Origin: a virus
Lineage: Duplodnaviria > Caudoviricetes
Reading direction: 5' to 3' (one strand)
IMG/VR virus record: IMGVR_UViG_3300037295_000333
Location: 1-64,000 of that record
DNA: 64,000 nt
The notes beneath the pieces are model-generated. The model was not told the origin of the DNA and ran no database searches. It saw only the letters and a list, made by a program, of their open reading frames with translations. The translations under genes were made by a program, and so were the position numbers. Of the stretch, positions 29,374 to 38,567 are shown piece after piece (position 1 is the stretch's first letter; each line of letters starts with the position of its first letter).

Positions 29374-29381
29374 CAAAGATA
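29374..29381 (-). promoter_or_regulatory. dnaE promoter -7 element
   Basis: TATCTTTG, downstream of a terminator and upstream of MDQLK. Confidence 0.7.
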
Positions 29382-29401
29382 GTTTATTTTAATTATAAAC
29401 C

Positions 29402-29430
29402 AAAAAAAACCCTTAAAATTAATTAAGGGT
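29402..29430 (-). terminator. intrinsic terminator
   Basis: ACCCTTAA/TTAAGGGT stem plus T tract. Confidence 0.75.
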
Positions 29431-29437
29431 AAAGCTT

Positions 29438-30073
29438 TTATTTTTTATCAGATGATCCGAATCCTTTTTCTGCTCTTTCACTTTTAGTAATATCATTTGA
29501 AAAAGACATTTCAAAATCATGCATCTTGTAAGGTATTAATTGAGAAACCGCTTTTCCTTTTCCTATAAATACTTCTTCATCCGATAAGTTAAAAAGTTTT
29601 AACTTTATCTCTCCTCTATATCCATTGTCAATTATTCCACCAAATGAAATTACATCTTGATTGAATCCAAGTCCTGAACGGCTTTCAAACTTTATAAAAT
29701 AGCCTTCACTTATATCTGCTACTTGTAAACCTATTGGAACCACCGCTGAACTAAATGGATTTATTGCAATATCTTCTAAGCAAAATACATCATACCCTGC
29801 ATCTCCTGTTTGTGGGTTGTTGTGATTTTTTTCTGGAAGCCTTGCATTTTTATCTAATTTTATAAACTTTACTTTAAATGTTTTCTTTATTTCTTCTATT
29901 TTAAATTCTTTTTCCTCGTCCCATTCGTACCAATAAATATGTTTTTCTTCTGTTGAACCCCAATTAAAAGCTTGACCTAAAAAATCTGTTGTTTTGTCCC
30001 AATATTGATCTGCATTTTTTTGATGCTCTAATGCTTTTTCTTTTACTTCTTGTGGTAGTTGTGATATTTTCAT
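29438..30073 (-). CDS. dut: second dUTPase with N-terminal MKISxLPQEVKE module
   Basis: GDAGYD, RSG, GIIDNGYRGE, SQ and RAEKGFGSS motifs. Confidence 0.9.
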   Translation of the reverse strand: MKISQLPQEVKEKALEHQKNADQYWDKTTDFLGQAFNWGSTEEKHIYWYEWDEEKEFKIEEIKKTFKVKFIKLDKNARLPEKNHNNPQTGDAGYDVFCLEDIAINPFSSAVVPIGLQVADISEGYFIKFESRSGLGFNQDVISFGGIIDNGYRGEIKLKLFNLSDEEVFIGKGKAVSQLIPYKMHDFEMSFSNDITKSERAEKGFGSSDKK

Positions 30074-30075
30074 AA

Positions 30076-30393
30076 TTATAATATTTTTCTAAAAATTACT
30101 TCAATGTTATTTTTTATTGCATAATCAAGTGCATATTGCATACCGCTACTGATTCCATAGTCAATGTAAAAAGCGTGTAAATTAGCTACTTCTTTCCAAG
30201 CTAAACCTGCATTTATTCCCCACATTCTTTCTTCTTCTATATCGTCGTTTAAAATGCCTTCTTGTGTATATAGAAGATGACTTGCAATTGGAGCCTCTCC
30301 TTTACTTAAACTATCTTTTACGCATTTTCTTGCGTATTCAATATTTTTTTGTATGTCTCCTGCAAAAGGACTTTCTAAAATTACTCTTTTCAT
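30076..30393 (-). CDS. conserved phage protein (nucleoside deoxyribosyltransferase-like fold)
   Basis: VILESPFAG...GEAPIASHLLY...GISSGM pattern. Confidence 0.6.
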   Translation of the reverse strand: MKRVILESPFAGDIQKNIEYARKCVKDSLSKGEAPIASHLLYTQEGILNDDIEEERMWGINAGLAWKEVANLHAFYIDYGISSGMQYALDYAIKNNIEVIFRKIL

Positions 30394-31070
30394 ATTGTTT
30401 TATTTATTCTCTCCTCAGCTATTTTAAAATAATTGTCGTCCATTTCTATGCCAATAAAATTGCGGTTTAAATTTTTAGCAGCAACTCCAGTTGTTCCTGA
30501 AACCATAAACATATCTAATATAATGTCTTTTTCATTGGTATGTATTTTTATTATCTCTTGCATTAGCCACAATGGCTTTTGTGTAGTATGAGATGTTTTT
30601 TCACTTTTTTTTGTAAGTGAACCTTTAAATAAAGGTCTTTGATAACTTATATCTTGCCTATTAAAAACCCACTTTGCATTTTTATTAGTTAACCATATAG
30701 CGCACTCATAATCTGTAATATATCTCCTGTCTCTATTCCTAGGCATTGGATTTGATTTTTCCCAACGCAAAATATCTTTTATAGTAAGTCCTAAACTTTC
30801 TGCATACCTTGCAATTTCTCCGATATTTTTCCAGTCATTAAATATAACAACGCTTCCGTTTTTATTTAAAATTCTAGGTATGTCATTTATATAACTAAAT
30901 AAATCGAATCCTTTGTCCCATTCTCCAAAATCAATTCCAGATCTACCCATAGTTTTAAAATTATTTTTTCTAGCTATGTTGTAAGGTGGGTCTGTAATTA
31001 TGGCATCTATGCTACCATCAGGTATGTTTTTCATCAGTTCTAGGCAATCACCATGCATTAAATTTATCAT
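30390..31070 (-). CDS. N6-A/N4-C DNA methyltransferase (beta class)
   Basis: DPPY and HTTQKP motifs; motif I reads DMFMVSGTTG. Confidence 0.88.
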   Translation of the reverse strand: MINLMHGDCLELMKNIPDGSIDAIITDPPYNIARKNNFKTMGRSGIDFGEWDKGFDLFSYINDIPRILNKNGSVVIFNDWKNIGEIARYAESLGLTIKDILRWEKSNPMPRNRDRRYITDYECAIWLTNKNAKWVFNRQDISYQRPLFKGSLTKKSEKTSHTTQKPLWLMQEIIKIHTNEKDIILDMFMVSGTTGVAAKNLNRNFIGIEMDDNYFKIAEERINKTI

Positions 31071-31071
31071 A

Positions 31072-31536
31072 TTAATAAGATTTTATAAAGTCGCATTCGA
31101 CTTGTGTTAATAAATAATTTTGTAAACCCTTCATTCCTAAACTCTCGTCTCCCTCAATTGCTTGTTCAAATGTAATTTTTGCATCTTTTTCATCACCTCT
31201 TTTTAAAAATCTGTCTTTTAAAATATGTCTTGGACAAATTAAATAAACAAAAGAAACGTTGTCAGATAGCGTTAAAATCTTTTTTGCTAAAGTTTCTTGC
31301 CTTAAACCTGTTATAATTAGGTATTCATTTTCCATAGATTGCATTGTATGTTTAATGCTTTCAATAAAATAATCTTCTAAGCTATTGTTAAAAATCCTTT
31401 CTTTTGTTTTAAACTTTTCTCGAACTAAATTTCCTAAGTCAATGTGAGTTATACTTACTCCCGTTTCCTTTAGTTTTTTTACCATTGTATCTTTGCCTGA
31501 ACAAATTTCTCCTGATATTAAGATTATTTTTATCAT
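31072..31536 (-). CDS. P-loop nucleotide kinase-like protein
   Basis: GEICSGKDT, ITGLR and RFLKRG motifs. Confidence 0.6.
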   Translation of the reverse strand: MIKIILISGEICSGKDTMVKKLKETGVSITHIDLGNLVREKFKTKERIFNNSLEDYFIESIKHTMQSMENEYLIITGLRQETLAKKILTLSDNVSFVYLICPRHILKDRFLKRGDEKDAKITFEQAIEGDESLGMKGLQNYLLTQVECDFIKSY

Positions 31537-31539
31537 AAT

Positions 31540-32319
31540 TTATCTTTTATATTTTTTAATTAGATAATCAATACCTTTTTGAAAAACCATAGTTTTTAAG
31601 TAAATACTTACACTTCCATCTGGTCTTGTAAAGCTACTTTCAATTACTCTAAAAAATCCTAAATCTATATAATTTTGATATGGAACATTATTTGACTTTA
31701 AAACTTTGCTATTTCTAAGTAATTCAAATAGTCTGTTTCTACCTATTCCCATATTACATATTTTTGCAACATCTGCCATGTCAAAACAATCTGAACTTCC
31801 AGTAACTTGATCAAAAAATTCTACTTTAGGTTTATCTTCTTTTATTTTTAATTCTCTTTCATTTAGTAATATTTGATTTTGCTCTATTTGTAGCTGTTGA
31901 TCAGCTGCCAAAAGTAAAGCTTCCCTAAAGTTATTAGGGACTTTTGTATTTTGTAAAAGTTGTTTTTCACACTCTATGAAGTATAACCTTGCCTCTCTAC
32001 CTTTATCGTTTTTTTGAAGCATTGCAATTTCCTTAGCCATCTCTAAAGTAAGTGCGTATTCTATTTTATGTACCTTAACTCTCTTAGTATCAGTTTCCCC
32101 ATTATTGGGTAGTGGTATTACATTACCCTTGTGATCAAATTTTAATACTGAATAATCTACGTTTAAAATATATCCAAAGTCTAACTTATCTTTTATCCAA
32201 TTACTAAAGTCTCTACCTACCAAATTTCCATCTGACTCAGATATTAAAAATTTATGCAAATCTCTAGCGGAAACTATACTATTTCCAAAATTTTTTGTAA
32301 TCTTAATTAATTCTTTCAT
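31540..32319 (-). CDS. AntA/AntB + KilA-C (ANT) antirepressor-like protein
   Basis: VSARDLH...FSNWIK...AKEIAM...GREARLYFIECEK, and KPKVEFFD...GRNRLFELLR...VFQKG. Confidence 0.85.
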   Translation of the reverse strand: MKELIKITKNFGNSIVSARDLHKFLISESDGNLVGRDFSNWIKDKLDFGYILNVDYSVLKFDHKGNVIPLPNNGETDTKRVKVHKIEYALTLEMAKEIAMLQKNDKGREARLYFIECEKQLLQNTKVPNNFREALLLAADQQLQIEQNQILLNERELKIKEDKPKVEFFDQVTGSSDCFDMADVAKICNMGIGRNRLFELLRNSKVLKSNNVPYQNYIDLGFFRVIESSFTRPDGSVSIYLKTMVFQKGIDYLIKKYKR

Positions 32320-32388
32320 AATTTTTTTATTTTAAGTTATTGATAATGAGACTCGCCAATAGTGGCGAGTGGTATTTTAAATTAGTAT

Positions 32389-33270
32389 TTAATAATTTAA
32401 TGAATATTTTTTTCTTTTATAGTTTGATTCTTCACCGCACTCACTCCTTAAACTTTGTAAAAGTTTTATTAAAAGTTGAGCGTTTGCAATGGTATCAGGC
32501 AATGCCCTATGCGCCTCTTTAAGTGTCAACCCTAATGCGGCTGCACATATACCTAATGAATAGCTAGATAATTCAGACCATCTTAATCTTACCATTTCTA
32601 AAGTATCAATTTCAAAACTGTTTATTGATTTTTTAAAATCGCCGCCATTTTCTTCAAAAAACTTTATGGTAAATGGATTATCAAACGCTTTTATGTTGTG
32701 TCCTGCTATAATTGGTTTATTGCTTCCTGAGGTGTGTTTTTTAATTAAGTCATTAAAGGCGTTGTAAGCCTCTGAAAACTCTAAGCCTTCATCTAGTAGC
32801 AATTTTACATTTATATGCGTTATTTCAAGTGCCCGTGGGTTGTATGAGTGATTAAAATATACTTTTGAAATATCTTTAAATTCACCTTCTTGTAATTTTA
32901 TATATTCTTCGTAAGAAAATATAACTGACTTCCTTTGTTTTAAAAATTCTACAAAAAATGAAATGTCATCAGCTAACAATTTTAGTGTTTTTAAAGTTAT
33001 TTTTACTCCTTTGTAGTTTAGAGTTTTAATTCCTGATTCTTCATCTTTTTGAGCTAAATTGTTAAATATTATTTTAGCTTCTTTGATTGGTTCCTCTACT
33101 ATATGACAAAGATTTAGTCTTGGCTTTATAGCAACTGAAAATTCTTCAATTATTTCTAAAGTTTCAAGCGATATTACAACCGCTGCCAATTCTGTAATTG
33201 GGTTATACTTTTCACTTAATCCTCCCGTTTCAAGGTCGTAAACTATAATTGTTTTTAGCGGTGATTTCAT
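32389..33270 (-). CDS. DEDDh 3'-5' exonuclease (Pol III epsilon-like)
   Basis: DLETGG, HNIKAFD, IDTL and AHRALPD motifs. Confidence 0.85.
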   Translation of the reverse strand: MKSPLKTIIVYDLETGGLSEKYNPITELAAVVISLETLEIIEEFSVAIKPRLNLCHIVEEPIKEAKIIFNNLAQKDEESGIKTLNYKGVKITLKTLKLLADDISFFVEFLKQRKSVIFSYEEYIKLQEGEFKDISKVYFNHSYNPRALEITHINVKLLLDEGLEFSEAYNAFNDLIKKHTSGSNKPIIAGHNIKAFDNPFTIKFFEENGGDFKKSINSFEIDTLEMVRLRWSELSSYSLGICAAALGLTLKEAHRALPDTIANAQLLIKLLQSLRSECGEESNYKRKKYSLNY

Positions 33271-33317
33271 AATTTTATTTTTGTAAATGTATAAATTTTA
33301 TTTTAATTTTTCTATAA

Positions 33318-34733
33318 TTATTTTTTATATTCTTCAGGCAAAGAAAAACCTTTTAATTTACCGTATGCTTGATTCAATATATACCAATTTTCAATGTATT
33401 TAAATTTAATGTGCATTGTACCCTTTTTAAAAAACTTTACTTCAAAAAATCTAAATTCAAACCATTTATTTGATTCAAATTCTACTGTTCTGTGCCAATT
33501 ATATAAATCCATTGCCACAATTTTATTTTTTTGCTCTTTTGTATCAAAAACTTTTACGTTATAATCTTCTCCAATTAAATTACACACAACCTTTATCAAA
33601 TCATCTATTTTTCTTGAACCGTATGAATCGTATCTTATTTGAAGTTTTCCTCCATAGCTAATTTCTGAAATTCCTTCTACAATAAATTTTCTATTTAACA
33701 TATACCCACTATTAGTTTTCCAACCTGATACTCCAAATCTGTTTTCGTGACTATATTTTGTAAAATTGTCAATTGCTTCTTCTAATGCTTTATCGAATGT
33801 TTGCTGTCTTGTACCTACAATTATTTGCAACATCTTGTAAATATTTTTCATTGTAAAGGGGATTTTAGTTTGAGTTTCAACAAATTTATTGATGTCCCTC
33901 ATTACTCCAGATGTAACATATTTTTCTAAATTCATTTTTTTAAATACGTGATCCCAAGATTGCTTTTGAATTATTTTTGAAAAATCAGCTTTATTGGTTA
34001 TGCCTTTGTTATATCCAATTTCCATTCCTATTGTACTTAATCCAATTTCTTTTGTATTGTAATTTAAATTGTCTAATTGTTCTTTTAGGTTGTCAAAAGA
34101 TTTCATGATAAATACGTATCTATTTACTAATGCCCTTACTTCATTGTATTGCATTATCCCTTCTTGATCTTCTTCTTTTTCATCTTCTTCCATAAAGAAA
34201 CCTTCAAACTCAAAATTACTTGATGTAACAGGTTTAAATAATCTAATTAATCCTATATCTATTACAGTTTTCCTTTCTGCATTAGAAAAGCAGTCACCCA
34301 AGTTTTCAGTATTTCCGTATTGTGAAATTACTGTTCCTAATCTAGGAAACCTTCTAATGTGTTCTATAGTTTCATAGTTGCATAACGAAACTATTTCACA
34401 GCCTTCAGGTGCAATTGTCCAAGCGTGCATTATGTGACGCTCAACATTTGAAAAAGGTGGATTCATATAAATAGCATTTATATGACTTATTTCTTCTGGT
34501 TTACAATCAAAAAAATCTGTTCCTATTATCTTGCATTTAGATTTTAAAATTGCCTGACACCTTTCATTAATTTCTATTGTTAAAACCTCTTTTGCTCCAT
34601 TATTTTTACAGTAATCTACAATATGACCAAACCCTCCATGAGGCTCAAGGATTACCTTTCCCTCACATTCTAAATTCATTAATTCAATTGCCTCTAATGG
34701 AGTTGGGTATAACTCTTGATGAAATTCGTTCAT
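33318..34733 (-). CDS. adenine methyltransferase with DUF4942-type C-terminal domain
   Basis: LYPTP, ILEPHGG, MNPPF; C-terminal WDHVF...PFTMKNIY...KFFKKGTMHIKF. Confidence 0.75.
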   Translation of the reverse strand: MNEFHQELYPTPLEAIELMNLECEGKVILEPHGGFGHIVDYCKNNGAKEVLTIEINERCQAILKSKCKIIGTDFFDCKPEEISHINAIYMNPPFSNVERHIMHAWTIAPEGCEIVSLCNYETIEHIRRFPRLGTVISQYGNTENLGDCFSNAERKTVIDIGLIRLFKPVTSSNFEFEGFFMEEDEKEEDQEGIMQYNEVRALVNRYVFIMKSFDNLKEQLDNLNYNTKEIGLSTIGMEIGYNKGITNKADFSKIIQKQSWDHVFKKMNLEKYVTSGVMRDINKFVETQTKIPFTMKNIYKMLQIIVGTRQQTFDKALEEAIDNFTKYSHENRFGVSGWKTNSGYMLNRKFIVEGISEISYGGKLQIRYDSYGSRKIDDLIKVVCNLIGEDYNVKVFDTKEQKNKIVAMDLYNWHRTVEFESNKWFEFRFFEVKFFKKGTMHIKFKYIENWYILNQAYGKLKGFSLPEEYKK

Positions 34734-34749
34734 AATTTTGTTTTTTATA

Positions 34750-34989
34750 TTATCCTTTTGGGTTACAGTTTATTCCTCCAAATAGAAAGTGGCTAATTGT
34801 ATTGTAAATACCTCCATTGCCTTTTATAGACTTTAATAATTTTTTAATTATTTTCATATTTTTATTTTCTAATTCAACTTTACATTCCGTAAAACCATAC
34901 TTTTTTTTAGCAATTTCAAAAACCTCTGTCGCTATAATATTATTAAAGTAGTTATCAATTTTTTCTTTTAATTCTTTAGAAAGTTTCAT
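34750..34989 (-). CDS. hypothetical protein
   Basis: ORF track; C-terminus shared with 2354..2599. Confidence 0.6.
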   Translation of the reverse strand: MKLSKELKEKIDNYFNNIIATEVFEIAKKKYGFTECKVELENKNMKIIKKLLKSIKGNGGIYNTISHFLFGGINCNPKG

Positions 34990-35069
34990 ATTTTTATTTT
35001 TTGTAAATGTATAATTAATTATTTGATAAACAATACCTAAAACGAAATTTTTTAGTAATTTTAAAATTA

Positions 35070-35771
35070 CTTTTCTATCTATATGGGTGGAGTCTAACTC
35101 AATCCTTTGATTTTCACTGCGTTAAGATAATTAGAAAAATTAGTATAATTGTTGTTAAATATGTTCATTTTAAACTTGTTTCCATTCTCCCATTCTTGAT
35201 GACATTGTAGGCATAAATTATTTATATTTAATAAATTGTGCCTTAATTCTGGTGCAATTGATTTTGGAATTACATGACTATAACGCCACCTTGCTATAAC
35301 TTTTCCATCTTCACCTCTAAAATCTGTGGGCAATTGTTTATTACACTCTTCGCATTTGTGATTAGATAGATTAAAACTTTGTTCATAAAACTTTTCATCT
35401 TCAATTATTGCACTATTTCTTTTCTTTTCATTTGTTTTCCTTCTTAAAGATTCTTTAAATTCAAATTTAAGCCTATTTTCAGCCGCACTGCTTAACTTTT
35501 TATCTTTTTGTATATACTTTGTTGCTTCATTTTTTTTAACGCCTCTATTTGACTGTAAACGATTATTATTACATATCAAACATAGACCAAAAAAAGCATT
35601 CGAAATTTTTTGCTGCTTTTTGCAGTTTTTACATATTTTTTCCATCATTTTTGTCTCTTTTTTTTGTGTAAATATAGGGTAAAAATAACGTTAAAATGAA
35701 ATTTTTTACTCTTTTTTGTAACTTGTTGATTTTCAATGAGTTTCTTAACTCCACTCATATAGATAGAAAAG
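35070..35771. repeat. 24-bp inverted repeats (1 mismatch) flanking the HNH-like gene
   Basis: 35070-35093 CTTTTCTATCTATATGGGTGGAGT vs the reverse complement of 35748-35771, CTTTTCTATCTATATGAGTGGAGT. Confidence 0.9.
35094..35648 (-). CDS. Zn-binding HNH-like nuclease
   Basis: CxxC pairs, plus CEEC...SHVIPKS...NINNLCLQCHQEWE. Confidence 0.7.
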   Translation of the reverse strand: MMEKICKNCKKQQKISNAFFGLCLICNNNRLQSNRGVKKNEATKYIQKDKKLSSAAENRLKFEFKESLRRKTNEKKRNSAIIEDEKFYEQSFNLSNHKCEECNKQLPTDFRGEDGKVIARWRYSHVIPKSIAPELRHNLLNINNLCLQCHQEWENGNKFKMNIFNNNYTNFSNYLNAVKIKGLS

Positions 35772-35849
35772 AACCCCCTTAAAAAAAACAAGGAATATAT
35801 AAAAGGGTTTTATAGGGATGAATTATATCAACAATTCATCCCTTAAAAA

Positions 35850-36389
35850 CTACCCTTTTAAAAGTGATTTAATTTTATTTAAAATACCTTCATTTACTAT
35901 CTTAATTATTTCATCTAGTAAAATAAAAAGTCGGCTTTTTTTATCAAACCTAACTTGTTCATTTTCTCCAATAGATTGCAATTCGATTAATACGACATAT
36001 ATCAACATTGTAAACTTTATGGCAAGAAGAATTGATGAAATAAATCCAAATAATTCTAATCTTAAAGTTTCTATTTCTAAAGTGTATATAAACCAAATTA
36101 TAATTGTAAAAATAAAGATTTTTTCAAACGCTCGCCACCCACGACCGCTTTCAAATGTAAAGGGTTTTCCTAAATCATTTTTTCTCTTTGTATCTGCCTT
36201 AATGCCCGTATGGATGTCAACTATATTTATCCCTAGAGCTATTAGCCATAGAGTTGAGTTTATTCCAAACAAATATAATGGAGTAATTTGATTAATTGCT
36301 CCAATTATACTTGCAAATATAGTTCCAAGACTTGCTGAAACTATATATAAATCCTTGTGCATTAAGAAGTTTGTTATTAATTGCTTCAT
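35850..36389 (-). CDS. holin-like membrane protein
   Basis: Three TM segments; DIHTGI...S..GWR...K and ELQSIGEN pattern of phage holins. Confidence 0.7.
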   Translation of the reverse strand: MKQLITNFLMHKDLYIVSASLGTIFASIIGAINQITPLYLFGINSTLWLIALGINIVDIHTGIKADTKRKNDLGKPFTFESGRGWRAFEKIFIFTIIIWFIYTLEIETLRLELFGFISSILLAIKFTMLIYVVLIELQSIGENEQVRFDKKSRLFILLDEIIKIVNEGILNKIKSLLKG

Positions 36390-36393
36390 AATG

Positions 36394-36822
36394 TTATTGG
36401 TCGTTTAAATCAATTGTAAAGTCGTCTCCACTTTGAAAAGTGTATGAAAAACGACTTAATTGTGCGGTACTGCTCTCATATCCAGTACTATTTGTTATAT
36501 CAGCTGTAAATAAAATTGATCCCGTAAAAATAGTTTTTCTATTATCGGGTAAAAGTGGGTCTTCAATTAAATCTACATCAAAATACCAAGTTCCTACAAC
36601 AGATTCAAATACAACTCCAAATGAATCTATATAATCGATAGCCTTTGATTTTGAAAGTATTAGGTAACGATTATTAAGAATTTCAAATGACCTATATGGC
36701 TGTAATTTTGGATCTTTTTTCATCCAAGAAGACATTGTTCCCATATAAGTTTTACCAAGGTCTATAACAAGTTTTTCGCCACGCCTTGCTTTAACTGTTT
36801 TTAAATTTGGTAGGTTACTCAT
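36394..36822 (-). CDS. hypothetical virion-associated protein
   Basis: Position in the structural module. Confidence 0.5.
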   Translation of the reverse strand: MSNLPNLKTVKARRGEKLVIDLGKTYMGTMSSWMKKDPKLQPYRSFEILNNRYLILSKSKAIDYIDSFGVVFESVVGTWYFDVDLIEDPLLPDNRKTIFTGSILFTADITNSTGYESSTAQLSRFSYTFQSGDDFTIDLNDQ

Positions 36823-36841
36823 ATTTTATTTTTTAATTGTT

Positions 36842-37414
36842 TTAAACTGCTGTTGTAATGCTTACAGCTAATTCTGGCATTGAAGTTTCTCTTACAACTG
36901 CAATATCTGGAGTAGCTAAAGTAACCACATAAAAGTTACTATTTTGTGCCCCAGTATAAGCTCTTTCTGCACCTGACATTCTCAACCCTTGATCTGCTCC
37001 AAATAATTCATAAAGTCCAGTTGAACGGTCAACTGTAATTGCAACAACCAAACCTCTTCCTAATGCTTCAATTGTCTTTCTGTCTTTTGCTAATTTACTA
37101 TAAACGGTAAAAGCAATAGAATGAACGTGTGCAACATCTCCATCTTCTTTTATTTCAGGAGTTGAACTAGGTACAACTGAATAATCAGTTCCTTGAAATA
37201 CATATTGAATTGCTGCTGTTTTTAGTTTAATGGCAGTCAATCCTTCTTGGTTTTTATTAGCATCATCTATCTCTCTATTTGAAGGTAAAAGAGTAGCAAC
37301 TTTGTCAAAATCACTATAATTTACTAATATTAAATCTTTTTCTGCCCCAATGGCAGCATTAACTGTAGCACAATCTCTTAAAATTCCGCTACTTATAACT
37401 CTTATACAACCCAT
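36842..37414 (-). CDS. probable major tail tube protein
   Basis: Beta-rich; MGC..ISSGI..DC....G pattern typical of Bacteroidota siphovirus tail proteins; follows the capsid gene. Confidence 0.5.
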   Translation of the reverse strand: MGCIRVISSGILRDCATVNAAIGAEKDLILVNYSDFDKVATLLPSNREIDDANKNQEGLTAIKLKTAAIQYVFQGTDYSVVPSSTPEIKEDGDVAHVHSIAFTVYSKLAKDRKTIEALGRGLVVAITVDRSTGLYELFGADQGLRMSGAERAYTGAQNSNFYVVTLATPDIAVVRETSMPELAVSITTAV

Positions 37415-37436
37415 AATTATTTTTTTTATTTTTGTT

Positions 37437-37460
37437 AAAAAAAACCCCCAAAATAGGGGG
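37437..37460 (-). terminator. terminator after the major capsid gene
   Basis: CCCCC/GGGGG stem plus T tract. Confidence 0.8.
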
Positions 37461-37494
37461 ATTTATAAAATTTATACTTAAAATTATTTAAATA

Positions 37495-38481
37495 CTAGAT
37501 AAGTGCAGAAGTTGTATAAAAACATACTTCTTCTGGACGTACTACAAAAATGTCAAGTGCAAAAGTCAATAACATTCCATACTCACGACCAAAGTTAGAT
37601 AATCTATTTACTTCAAGGTTGTTAAAGTCAGAACTCAATGAAGTACCCATTTGAATTGCATCTGTCTTCAAATCACCTGACATAGAACACAATAAAAGTG
37701 TGTTGTCTGGGAAAGATGGATTTTCAATCATTGAATAACCTGCATATCTAAGGATACCCTCCTCAGTAACATCAACACCTTTGAAGTTTAAGTTTAAACG
37801 TTGTGCTTCTTTGATTAAATCGGCAGTTCCGTGAGACATCATGAACTTTCTATTTGCTCTTTTTCTCATTCCTTTTGTTTGTCCTTTGATAAGGATTTCC
37901 AATTTTTGGAAAATGTTTGCTGCAGTCAAAGCTGCCCCTAATGCATCTCCTGAACCACCTGCATGAGCTCTAAATGCAATAGATGTGTTGTTTACTACTT
38001 GTGTTGCAGTTGGAGTTGCTCCTTGCAATGCAGTGTATGCACTTGATTTTAGCTGAGGGATAAGTCCAGTTAATAGTGCAGTTGTGTTGTTTGTTAGCAA
38101 TTCTTCAGCTGCTGAAGCAGCAGATCCCAAAAATAATTCTTCTAAAGACGATTGAACAACAGTTGGTAACCCTTCCCACTGAAATTCTCCAGCTGGCTGG
38201 TAATCTTTCCAGTAAGAGTAGTAGTCTGCTGGATCAAAAGTTTCAAAACTTTCAATTACTGCCAAACTTCTTTTAAATGCTTGCTTTAAAGATGTATTAG
38301 ATACTGTTGATGCAGGGTTTGCTGAACGTGCTCTTAATACGTTTCTAATGTCATGTTTAAATGCGTTGTACCCATCTTTGTCTCCTTCATTCATAAATGC
38401 TAAAGAGTTTTCGATAAATACATTTCCTGTTAATGCTCTTGTCAATACGCCTACTGGTGCTGGTCCTACGTTAAATGCCAT
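37495..38481 (-). CDS. major capsid protein
   Basis: 328 aa, directly after the ClpP/scaffold gene and followed by a terminator. Confidence 0.7.
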   Translation of the reverse strand: MAFNVGPAPVGVLTRALTGNVFIENSLAFMNEGDKDGYNAFKHDIRNVLRARSANPASTVSNTSLKQAFKRSLAVIESFETFDPADYYSYWKDYQPAGEFQWEGLPTVVQSSLEELFLGSAASAAEELLTNNTTALLTGLIPQLKSSAYTALQGATPTATQVVNNTSIAFRAHAGGSGDALGAALTAANIFQKLEILIKGQTKGMRKRANRKFMMSHGTADLIKEAQRLNLNFKGVDVTEEGILRYAGYSMIENPSFPDNTLLLCSMSGDLKTDAIQMGTSLSSDFNNLEVNRLSNFGREYGMLLTFALDIFVVRPEEVCFYTTSALI

Positions 38482-38567
38482 AATTTTGTAATTTATTTAT
38501 TATATTTATTGAGATATTTGTGTAGGCTATCCCTGCTCCTTATTTTTTATTATAATTTTAAAAAAGT

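Noticed and set aside
32351-32370. Perfect 8-bp hairpin ACTCGCCA/TGGCGAGT upstream of the antirepressor gene
   Set aside because: Real, but it has no T tract and no second copy. It is most simply an ordinary local regulatory hairpin, with nothing to support novelty.
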